A DNA stretch of 64,000 bases from Klebsormidium nitens (taxonomy: Eukaryota > Plantae > Klebsormidiophyceae): NCBI GenBank assembly GCA_000708835.1, contig DF237410.1:11980-75979 (forward strand). The letters are read 5' to 3'. Positions 25,953 through 37,700 of the stretch are shown here, one piece after another (position 1 is the first letter of the stretch; the number at the start of each line of letters is the position of its first letter). A program made the position numbers and the translations under genes. The notes under the pieces were generated by a model. The model worked only from the letters and a program-made list of their open reading frames with translations. It ran no database searches and had not been told where the DNA came from.

Positions 25953-27169
25953 AAGGGTGACGCACCCTGTGCGTCACCCGGCCCGATGTGTGACGCGCCG
26001 GTTCCTGAACCATTGATGCCGTTCAAACAGTCAATCGGCATCCCGAGTAAACGCGACATGTGACTTGCCCAGCGCGCTAGGAGCTATTATCCTGAATAGC
26101 AAAAGGATTATCGATCGGGAAGAACTGCCGCGCAAGCAACGACAGGTGACTACAGACCATGCCTGCATCAGGTACTGCGGAGGGGCGGCCACTCCCCTAT
26201 AAAGTTAAAAGGTGGAATATAGCCGCGTCTGCTCGTCCTGTTTTGGGACCCTATGCTAAAACCGCGCCAGTTTTTTCGGGCACCCCTTTTCTATAACGGC
26301 TTGGGCCATTTTTTGACACCTATTCGTAAAACGGAACAGACGCATTTCTAGCAAGATTCCCCCTCAAAGGTGCTGAAAAACGTGGAGCCGTTTCTCCCAA
26401 GTTATACTTAGGTTTTCCATGCATGGCTGTTAAAATCCATCGGACAAGCTGGAAATGTAGGATAAAATGTGTCGGCTTATTAAACTGGAAGGAGGCATGC
26501 CTCCGTTGGCCCAATGGTATATCGGTGGCCTTATTCTTTAGTGTCTTGGGTATAATCGAGGCGCACTTTCCCACCCCCTTTACCTATAACCACCGTTTAA
26601 TATATAGCTCGGCCCAATTTCCAGAACCTTTGAATCGATGCGGCTCCCTTCCAAATACGCTATCTCCTGGGGGAGAGTGACCGCCCCTCCGGTACTGCAT
26701 GCTACCTCGATCCATGCTACCTAGCTTTACACGATTTTCACCTCTCAACTAGCTCCCCTTTGCAACGATGAAAGAATAATCATCGAGCTGGCAGTATGTC
26801 GCAGAGACACAGCCACAATTCGGTTTGCATGACAGAAGTGAAAATAAATGGGATCAATGCTGCAATGCGACATACAGGGTTTGCTTAGAACACAACACCT
26901 CATGATGAGAGACACGAATGAATCAGGAGAAATAAACACATGTGTGGGTTATGCAACATGATCGGTGTTTATGTGTTGTCAGAGCCCGTATGTGCCATCG
27001 CAAATGATGTGTTGCTATCGGTATATTGGGGTACAAAAGAGAGAAAAGGGGGGAACAGCAAAATGGTTGAAGCAACCCCCATACAGGAATCTGACTGAGA
27101 AGGTTAACCAACGCGCAAAGCCGCGACACTTTGACAGTTAAATCCAAGAATTATATCAAAATACATCTT

Positions 27170-27241
27170 CAACTGGGCGGAGGTATTATGTACAATTTCA
27201 ACATCGTCACAACTGGGCGGACATATTGTGTACAGTTTCAA
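27170..27241 (+). repeat. Two-copy degenerate tandem repeat, 40-nt period
   Basis: CAACTGGGCGGAggTATTaTGTACAaTTTCAA at 27170 and CAACTGGGCGGAcaTATTgTGTACAgTTTCAA at 27210. Confidence 0.85.
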
Positions 27242-27359
27242 ATCGAAGTTGATCTACATATCTAGCAAGGGTCTATCTTTAAGGCCAAATGTTGCAGACT
27301 CTCTGCGAATTCCAAGTTTATACACGACTTCGTCGGGATTAGACTTCGGGGGCGTCATC

Positions 27360-30184
27360 TCAGAGTGCGGTCCTCTCTACCTCTAATGCAACTTCATTTC
27401 GCCTTAGAAATGGCAGTGTGAATGGAGGATTAAACTGCAAAAAATGGACCTTCCAAATTAGAATCTATTGAGGAGGTACATACCAGAAAGCTGCAAAGGT
27501 GGAAGATACACAAGAAGCTTTATTTTGTCAACCTTCGGTTGGGGCGATTCAGTCAATCTACGTTCATTTAGGCCTCTGTCATCAGCTCGAACAAGTCAAT
27601 TGTTCAAGCCGAGTTTATGCCATGCCACCAGGCAACAACCAGTGGGCTAGACTGCCTCTAAGTCCCTAATGGCTCACGTGTCCACCCGTATTTGGAAAGG
27701 CTCGATGTCAATCAGGCTTTGCACTTGCTCCCAATGTGCGCAAAAGTGTTGTGCTCATAAACGGCAAGGGCGTCCTTACCTGTGCAACTTCGGGAGTGGC
27801 CCCTGGGATGACCCGATACTCGGGTTCCCGCGCAAGAACGTTTCGAAGCTTGCGCTCTCGCTGCTCGACTTGCTGGTCACTCACGTAGCCGGAGAAGGCC
27901 ACGACGGCCACCGTGCGCGCCGGGACCTCGCGGATGCGGACAGCGCCGTTGACGGGCTGGGGGATGCCCTTGCTCACGTTCTTGCGGGGAAGCACGAACG
28001 ACATCCGCCAACCCTCAGCGCCAGGGCCACCCTGCAGAGGCAGACACGAGAAGCGGGGTCGGGCGCACAACAACGCTCTCGGTTCACGGTCAACCGTGCA
28101 CCCTTCGTGGAAGCCGTTCTTGTCATGGTTCGACCAACGAACTCCCACAAATTAGCCATCTGATTACACAATATCAACAACGTTTACAAATTCATGCCGA
28201 GGTGACGCAAGAACTCAAGAAGAGACTTTTGAACGGTCAGTTGCAAACCATTCACAAAAAACTCCAAAACAAGGGCTCCGCCTGCCGCGCCTGCCCCCCT
28301 CCTTCGCGGCTCTACTGCGAGCAGGGCCGCGCCTGACCTGGCTGGTGACCACGGGCGTCGTCATGTCCATTGCCTCGCCGCGCGCGCTGCCCTGGCGAGT
28401 GATGACGGGCGTCGTCATCTCCATGGCCTCGCCACGCCGCTGCACCACGGGCGTCGTCATTTCCATGCCCGCGCGGGCGCTGTTCTGCAAACAAGCAACC
28501 ACAGCCTTAGCACAGGCCCTCGAAGGGAGGCAACATCGACCAATAGAAGTTGACTTGACCAAGAAGAGCGTGCATCATATCGATTGGCAACGCCCGTGGA
28601 ACTGTAGAGGCACTGTAAAGGATGGCCGTGACTGGAGTCACCGTCCTATCATACGTTTCCAGAGGAGTTGTCACGAATGGAGTGTGCGGGGTCGCATGCT
28701 TATGCTGTGCGGGCTCCTCACATTTCCGAACAGATAGTCAGCCAAAGTGTTGAACGACGGCCCTGCCCCCGCAAAGTCGAAGGGCCGGCTGCCCATCTCG
28801 GTCTCCGCGACGAAGTAGGACTGCATCAAACGAGATACGTCCAGTCATCTGTGCCCCAGTGTTCCCACCCGTTTCCATCACACATCTTTTAACACGGAAG
28901 ATTGAGAACAAGGACTGGAGGGCTGTCTTTCACAGGGCCAATTGTTTGACGTGGTTGTCCTCACACAAAAGGATACAACAAAAATAAAGTGCAGCTGGCG
29001 GCAGAAAGGACCCGGCCGTACCTCCACATCTCGAATCTCGTAGTCGTCCGTCCGCTTCAGCACCCTGTAGGGGATGGTCTCCAGGTCGGGGGCTGCCCAA
29101 ACCACACCACACAGCGCATCAGCAACAGCGCAGGCTGCTCGTGCCAAGTACATTCATTGGAAAGATGTTTCCAACAACTTCGTATTGGAATATCTCGAAA
29201 CAAGTGATAAACAGAACCAGGGGTAACAGGGTATCAAGCGGCGATCCCACACAAGTGATAACGTCTAGCGTTCTGCCATGCTGCACCCCGCCTCCAAGCC
29301 AGGAGAGCAATTCTGCGTGTGTGCCCTGCCAGCATCCTGAGCTGTTGCACAGCATCCAGGGGCACTCACTCGCCATCAGCGCTTCCTCCAGGTTCCTGGC
29401 ATCCCCCGAGCGCCGTGGATTCACATACTTTGAAGCCTCTTTCGCTGCTTCTGTCACCACTGCAGGGGCAGGGAAGTCAGTGCTTTCAGTGCTCAAGCAT
29501 TCTATCCTGTCACACAAGCAAAGATGGGATCCATTCAGAGTTGCATCCTACGAGCTGGGTGGCAGCTACAGCTACTCATTCTGGGGCCTGTCCACTTTGT
29601 TTCTCTTGAGTAAGAATGCTGGCGCCCTCAGCTCCAGACCCAACGTGCAGTCCAGACCAGCCGCTACCAGACTGGCACGCACACGGTCCTGGGCTCCCCA
29701 GATTTTGCAGGGTGCAAAGAGCATGTATCCAACCTGGTTGCAAGCTGCCAAGTCTTAAAATTGCAGCCTTATCAAGTGCTGAAGCAAACACAGGTAAGTA
29801 TCCAGCCTCCTCTTGGAAGGCCTATGCAGGAGGCGCTAGGGGGGCCACCCTGCTGCATGCATCGCTGAACAGAACACCAGCAGGTGCCGAAGGCGTACCA
29901 TCCTCTGTTCTGCGGCCAGCCTGTGCGCCAATCGCAAGGACCAGGCTCAACCTTCTCTCAGTGGGGTCCACCCCAACCCTCCGCAGCACGTCTGTGACGC
30001 TTTCAGTGACAGAGTCAGCCAAATACGCCGACACTCTCCGCAGGCGATGCTGCCGTCCGCCAAGAACAATCTTCCTGTGCAAGATCTGGCCCTCAAAGTC
30101 TTTGGGGCCCAGCAAACTGCCGGCAACTGAATGGCGACCAGGCAGATGAACCGGAGGAGAGGAACACAAGCTAGCGCCCGCCAT
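27360..30184 (-). CDS. SOUL haem-binding family protein, plastid-type
   Basis: Transit-peptide-like exon 1; NLEEALMA|[24 protein letters not shown]; three M[ED]MTTPV repeats; WRMSFVLP; [13 protein letters not shown]; PEVAQ|[24 protein letters not shown] with TGA at 27360-27362. Confidence 0.92.
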
Positions 30185-31437
30185 CGTGCTGCTAAACTAC
30201 AATTAGCTGACGAGCTAGGAATCCTGTTGCCAAGGAAGATTCAAGTGCAGTTCATGGTACCTACTGATCCTGTCTGGCATGAACCTCCGTCCGCTGGCCT
30301 GGTTAAGTAATTTTTGGCGTACCGGGCGCAGTCCGGGCATCCAACGGTGAAATCGTTCTATTTTCTAAGATCGGACGGTACGCCGATTGCCTTTGCTGAA
30401 CAGAAGGCTGAGTCCATCCCCGCCTAAAGGTCGCAGAAAGGAGGGACAGCGCCCGAAAGTGGTGAAGTCCAAAATTGTTATTTTGCCCAGCACCTCAGAC
30501 TGGCCGCCATGGCTGCCGACATGGCTGAAATGAGCTGGGAGCAGCACCCATGACCAAAATTTCTCAAACCCAACGGCAACCTGAAGCTATGTGCAACCTA
30601 TAAATTGAATACCAGCTGCTTTCAAAGGTAAATTTGATGCACATTCTCCCCCCAAATCCAAAATGTGCCTTTCAACCCTAAAAGGAGCCTCGGAGGCGCA
30701 ATGGAGGTTTTGTTGAAAGTCGCCGGGGCAACTATACATCAAATTTTGCAATCTCAACGGCAAGACTGCTCTACAAAAAGCAATCCTAGCTTGCTGAAAT
30801 GCAAAGTTTGTGGAGAAAGACCTTCTACTCTCCCCCCACAGCCCGTCCCTGCCTCCTCAAGCCCTGAGCACAAGGCAGCCATTGCGGCAGTCTTCTGCTT
30901 CAAATTACTGGCTGTAGGTGTTCCGGTTTAGGCCTTGACTTCCGGGACTTTGGTTTTACTGAGCACTTTGTCAGTCTTGGGCAACCGCTGAAAGTGCCCG
31001 GGGATTCAGCGGAAGTGACCGTCGATGTCACTTCCTCTGGTTCTGAACCGTCCGATGCACATATTTATCTGAACATTCTAGGGGACAAGAAGTTTATGCC
31101 AGACAGGACTGATGGACACGAAGGACACTAGCGCGAGGAAACCCTGGTGCCAGTGTTCCAAAACCAAACCCAGCGTTTCAAAGTGGTCTTCTTCTTCTTC
31201 ATGGACTCGGATTATGTAACCTTGATTGTGCTTTAGAACCTGGCCTGTTCTGAAAGTTGGTTTCGTACAAGTTTACCCTAACCAGAGCTGATCGTGTTCC
31301 TGTCGTCGTGCACCACATCAGGCAGGCTGGCATTGCACCATGCCCCTCGACAGCTTCAGGCCACAAGACAGCGAGCTTTTCCAGCATTTTCAACACTGAC
31401 AGTCCGAAGCACGACGCTTTGAATGTTTTCAATCTCA

Positions 31438-33400
31438 ATGATGAACCGGTTTGTGGAGCAAGAAAGCCCCGAGAGACCCCTATCAGAAGGAGAAGCGCAA
31501 GAGCTGGCCTCCATTCTGCACCGTCAGCTTGGTAGAAATCTCAGGAAGGCGCGGCGGCGGTTGTTTCATGGTATGAAAACATTCTTGCATCTGAAGTCAC
31601 CCTTGGATTAGCTGCATTCAGAACTGCACCTCTGCAAGTCATCATGTGATCTCCTGCGAAGTGGCCAGCCTTGAAGAGTGCTTGATGCTTTCTGACGCTC
31701 TTTCTGGAGTATTTGCTGATTGACTATGACCACAAGTTTCTACAGTTCCTCGGCTCTGTATTTCTGAGCAGACCTGCTGTCTCTAAGCTCGGGCCTACGG
31801 GACGTTGTGATGCTGGACTACGTGGTGGCCTCCCGGGAGGAGCTGCGCCCCCTGCTGGGCAGCCTGGCGCGCCTGCCGCGGCTGGCCGACACGCGCCTCC
31901 TGCACATGGGCGGCTGCCTGTACCTGGCCAAGCTGGCCGCCCTGCTGCAGCGAGTGCCCACCAGCAGCACGCCCCCCACCGCCACGCAGCCCCTTGGAGT
32001 GGTGGTAGATGAGGGGGAACCACGAGTGAGGGCTCTAAGCTGGTCCCCGCCGTGAGTTTGAAAGGAATTGGTGATTTGCAAAGTTGACAGCTGTCCAGGT
32101 GCCCTCTCGAGATTGTGCATCGTACTCTGCGACCAGTACACACGTTGGGCATGCCACCACCCTGGCAAGAGGTGGTGTGCCCCGTTGTTTGCCATTTTGA
32201 CTGTTTTCCCTGCAAATGCAGCGGATGTGACTTCAGTTGGTAAAGTTTGTCACTGCAGTCGAGTGCCTCTCCTTCCATGACCACCTCCGCCAGTTTGCCT
32301 CTGGCCTGGCCGCAGCTGCTGCTAGCGCACCAGAGGCGCAGCAGCCTGCCCCCCCCCTCTGCATCGACCTGGAGGGACTCCTGATGGAGCAACCCCTCCC
32401 CCTGCCCAGCCTCAACGGGTGAGCTAGGCTGCCCACTTAGGCTGGCTCTCATAAGCAGTCTGGAGAAAACAAACAGGAAGCTTCTTATGACATCTCCGAG
32501 CTTGCCTATGATAGTTTTCAAGTTTCTTGGACTTGCTCCAGCGTCAAATGGACTTGCTCTCAACAGTCGACCCTTGCCTTTCTCCTGCTTACACTGCTGC
32601 CTTGCAGGTGGCTCCTTGGTTACCCTGCGGTGTACCTGTTCCATCTGACCCGCGGCCCCCGCGCTGCGCGCTGCCTCTCGTCCGCTTCCCTTCACCTTTT
32701 CCAGCTGCGGGCTTGCTGGTGGGGCAGCTTCTTAGTTAAGGTTCTTCCTTGAACATTTGATGGAGTCGAAGGGCTTGCAGCTCAAACGAGTATCGTGTTA
32801 GAACTTGTGTTGCTACTTCTGGGAAGCTCCACCTGGTGAGAAGAATTGGTTGTAGCCCAACCAAGCCCCATTTTCCTCTCTCTGTACTTAAACTGGTGTA
32901 ACCGACGTGGACAGTTGGGACACTAATTCTCGGCCCAAAAGTTTCTGACCCGCCTACCACTCACTTGCAGCCGTTACAATGTAGATACTGAACAACGCTC
33001 TCCAAACACTGGACATCAAAGAACCGGCAACGACATTGCGCTTTGCAGGTAATATTTCTCGATCCCCTAGACATCAATATTGAGACATTCTGTTGTAGCC
33101 TTCACTCTTTCGTGGGTCCAGACTGAGAGATAGGATGCACGAATGGAGGACTTGGGTCTTGTGGAAGACAGAACCTTCTTGTCGTCATTAATCATCCCTC
33201 GAACTTACTCAGATAATTATTTTCTTTGTTTCAACAGCTTTTCCGTCCCGGCTTCTTTGAGTACTCAGCAGTTCGAAGAGCCTTGGGCTCAGGCGTTCAA
33301 GTCTGAAATTTTAAGGAAGTTGGCTAAGAACGAAGACCGCACTTGGGAGACCTTGACGTTCGACTGCACTCTACAAGCGCCTCAGACGATAGCCCTATGA
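31438..33400 (+). CDS. UPF0739 / C1orf74-like (DUF4504-like) protein; start codon tentative
   Basis: RRLFH|DLLSLSSGLRDVVMLDY; SLNG|WLLGYPAVYLF; SFSVPASL and a terminal ...TIAL*. These resemble the motifs I recall for this family (NGWLLGYP, SFSVP). Internal exon limits are only partly resolved. Confidence 0.7.
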
Positions 33401-34735
33401 TCAGAAAAGGCCAGTTGTTGCGGGCCATATGTGAATGTGTATGAAGAACATGTTTTGATTTAGGTCCAGACGAACCCTAAAGCTCGACCGAATTCTAAGC
33501 TCAGTGTTGTTCAATTTGGTGCATGCGGGAGTCATGCTCGAGGGGTGCATGCGGGGATCAGTCTCCTCGAGCCTGATCGTAGATACCTATATTGCCAGTT
33601 GAATTTCCCAAGTTAAAACCTAGTCATTAACATAGGTTCTTAAGACTGGCCCTGGCCACGTCCCTGGCCGGGTTTCCTTACCTGAATCTTTGTGCGTAGT
33701 GCACTTGAATATAGCCTGTATATGTGTGTGTCATACTTAATCCGGCGACTGGAGGGCCATGCCGGCCACTGTGGTTGGTGAGCATGGTTGGCGTGACCCG
33801 CCTTGGGCGTGCCAGGCGGACCTGAGAGTTCCATGATCCGGCCGGCAAGCGGCATCAATAGAGATATGCCATGTACGCAGTGCCACATGCAGCCGCCTGT
33901 CAACCAGTGTGGCGCTCAGGCAAAGGACGTGTGGGTACGTGTGATCGCTGACATCAAATTCAGCGATGAACTTATGGAATCAGGTCGAGGTATATAACTG
34001 CACATGCTGGCCAAGCAATCAAGCAAGTTTGAAATGTCCATCGATAGTAAACTCAAGCTCCATTTGCCACTCACCAACCAATAGCCTGTTGCATGGCCCC
34101 ATGCAAACGCGGACTCAAGGATCAAGCATTAAGAAAGCGCTTAGGGTAGCATGCCCGGCCACCTCACAGCATGTCCGAATTCCGATGTGGTGCACATGCC
34201 AGACTCATGAGCACCCGGCATGCCGTAACAGATCCCACAATCGATCGAGGTTTTGGCGCTTGCATGATCACTGATTGATGCCATCAACCTCAAAAATTGG
34301 ACATATCTTGCAATTCGGGTATACACTACAGCTCAGACACTGGCATGAACCGTGGAAATTAGGCCGCGAAGTGAGGTTCTGCGATCGAGCACGACCGTCC
34401 GTATGCATGCTCAAGTTGATTCTGCGCAACTTACATTGTGAACGCCCACTGAAGGTCCACGACCGGACGCGCCTGACAAGCTAAGTGTACGCAATACTCA
34501 ATCCGATTGCTGATTGGAAGCCTGGCAAAATCATGATCACTCTGTATCTTAATATTGGCAACTTTGCTAACCGAATCTCTTGATTCACATAAGCGGATGC
34601 GTGCGCCGATCAATCTCTAGCTGGCAGCTCATTGATCAAAGAATGTGCATTCCTATTCTCTTCAAATATTTATATAGCGCAGCCTCACGTCGACCAGAAA
34701 CGCTAGCCTTTAAGCTCTCAGACGCTGCATGCGGC

Positions 34736-37700
34736 CTATTGACTCCGGCTCTTGAGGTACGTGTACGACTTGAGGCTGCGGTTGAAGTTCATGAGCAGCG
34801 CGGAGGCGTCCTCCAGCGTGAGGCGCCCCTCGTCGACGGCCTCCTCCGCCTCGTTGCGCAGGCTCTCCATCATGTCCTCGCCCTCGTACTGCACCGTCCG
34901 CAGCACCTCCTCCATCGTCTGCCCCTTCACCACGTGCTCGATGGCGTACCCGCCCGCCGCGCGCCCCGGCTTCGGCTTGGCCCGGATGTGCACCACGTTG
35001 AGCCCGCCAAACAGGTTGTGCAGGCTGCCCATCACCTCCTGCGACGGCCACCCGTGCGTGTCAGCGCAGCACGAGGGAGGAGCAGAAAAAACTTTTTCAA
35101 TAACGACTCCGACTGCCGAGAGCAGACCCAAAGAAGGATACTGTATCGGTACGGAGCGGAGAAGATCAAGAAGATGGCTTCTTTGTGTGCGGCGCGTGCG
35201 CGGCCGCTGACCTGGTAGACGCCCCCCAGGAACATGCCCAGGTAGTAGGCCTCCCCCTGCCGCAGCTCGTGCACGGGCAGCACCGAGCTGGGCGTGCTGT
35301 CGGGCCCGATGAAGCGCGTGATCTTGCCGTCGCTGTCGCACGTCAGGTCCGCCAGGGTGGCCTGCACCACCCATCGCACGCGTGCGCTAAGCACGACAGC
35401 CACTGCGCAAAAAACCTGCCCCCTACGATCGGGAAGTCTGCACTGTCAATCACAAAGATTTGAGCGCGTGGAGCTGCGGATTGAAGCTCAGGTGCGCTCA
35501 CCATGGTGGTTGGCTCCTCGCTGAGGCGCTGCAGGGGCATGATGGGGAACAGCTGGTCGATGGCCCACGTGTCTACGGCCGACCGGAACACCGACAGGTT
35601 CACGTGGTACCTGGACAGGCGGAACAGAGGCGTCTTAGTCGCCCGGCAGAGGCAAGTTCCGGCCATCCTATCAGCGAAGCCGGCTGGAGCTGCGGACGGA
35701 CACCGGTTGGAGCGATCCCGTGCGCTACTCAGTTGCAAACGCACCAATGTCAAAACGTACCAAAGTCAACAACGCGCGGGACCTCTCCGCAGGAGGGGCA
35801 TGCTGCAGTCGGCAAGGCCGCAGGAGGGGCCACGGGCAGGGGGCTGCTCACACTGACGCCATGGCCTCGCTCAAGGCGCTCAACTCTGCGGGCATCTGCG
35901 GCTCGTTGCGCGCGTACGCCAACACGCGGTGACAGATGGCCGTGTGCAGCGACTCGGCCTGTGCGCGCTGCTCCAGGCTGCGACCAGGGAACACGCGGCG
36001 CTGTTATCGACGCACAAAAGAGAGACGCCGACCAACGGACAATCTTATCAAACGAAACCAAACCGTTCAAAAGGAGACTTCATTGTTTGAAATGCAATGC
36101 AGAATATAGAGTGCACCTTTCGGAATGCATGTCCTAGGAGTCGCATTTTCAGAGCTCCTTACAAGATCGGTTAGTTAACGCTCAACGACCGCCATGTTTG
36201 TGGGCCTCGTTAACGAGATGTTGCTGAAGAACGCGTGATCCGCCTCGTTCAAGTCCGCTGCTGACTGCCGCAGCCGAGTATGGGCGGCTCCGATCCGGAG
36301 CGCAGGCGTTTGCTTACCTCAGGCAGCCGAGCTTGAACAGGTTGGCCGCCTCTTGCTTGAACTGCTTCGAGTCGTTGAACGCCTCCTGAGAACCACCAGA
36401 AGGCCAGAGGTCAGAAAGATGTATGAAGGGCAGTCGACGACAACCTGGTCATAGTAAGTGCACAAAATCGCAGGGCTGAGCAGGCCGACTGTTCGAACGC
36501 TAGGAGAGTACCCGCTCCCCTTCCCCCTGGCTGCCCCCGCCCCTGGGCCGCACCTGGAAGTTGGTCTGGTCGATGGTGGCGAAGACTTGGTAGAAGGTGG
36601 AGAGCAGGTACTGGCCGGGGTCGCGGCGCGCGGGCTGCAGCCCGTTGGTGGCGAGGCCGTCCTGCTTGGGCGGCCACCCCTGCTGGATGCTGCCCAGCCC
36701 CGCCGCGTGGTGCTCCTCCAGGACCGCCAGGTTGCGCAGCGCGTCGCTCTCCGCGTTCTCGCTGTCGTTCAGCACGTCGAATACCAGCACCGCCGAGTGC
36801 GAAGCCAGCGCGCGGCCCGACTCGGACGCGATCACGGGCTGCCGCACGCCCTTCACCACGCACGCGTCCAGCAGCGCCGCCACCACGTCGTTGGCGTAGT
36901 TCTGCGGAGAACAGCGACGGCGGGCACCGGGTGAAGTCATGCTCCGGGAGCCCGACGGCAGACCGACAGCAGTGAAAGTTTCCAACCAAAAGGAATCCGC
37001 CCGATATTGGAGAAGTGCGCGACTGGAGTTGGACTAGCAAGTCGCAAAACGGGTTCGGAAGGTGTCAATCATGTTCGCATCCGTCACAACGTCATTTACA
37101 GCAATGTCAAACAGGAAAGGAGCACGTCCGCTCTTTCAAAAATCTTCTCGATGCTTGGAAGGAGCGGAAAAGATTCTTGCGGGTCTCGCAAGCAGTGATT
37201 CGCGAACGGACCGAACTTCCTTTCGATCTGACTCTTGGCCCGTTTTCCGTACGACCCTTGGCAGGACTAACAGCGCAGTGCGGACTCTTGCTAGGCACGC
37301 CTTCGTCAGTGATTGTAAGAAGAAGGACGGGAAGATGATCGGTCAGATCTTTGGCGACTTGCCTGCATGCTGTAGTTGGTCGACGCCCCCGACCTGTTGC
37401 CCTTCGTCCCGTCGTAGTCGATGCCCAGGCCTCCCCCGACGTCGATGTACCCCTGCAACGACACATGCCGCTCGTGAGACGCAGGTTCTAAAGTACTAAG
37501 AGTCAAGCTGGTCACTGCAAACGGGTGCAGGGCCCCTTCTAAAACAAGGCGTGTGACCGGGTTGGGCGTCATTGAACTTCTAAGGAGCGCCCCCTGGGTT
37601 GCCAGGGGCAGCCGTCAGTTCCGCCGGGGCGGGCTCACCATGGCGGCCCCCATGGTGGCCAGCTCGCAGTAGAGGTGGCTGCCCTCGCGCATGGCCTCCT

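Noticed and set aside
25051-26059. Four ~300-aa ORFs in the ORF track
   Set aside because: They are open only because they cross the N gap.
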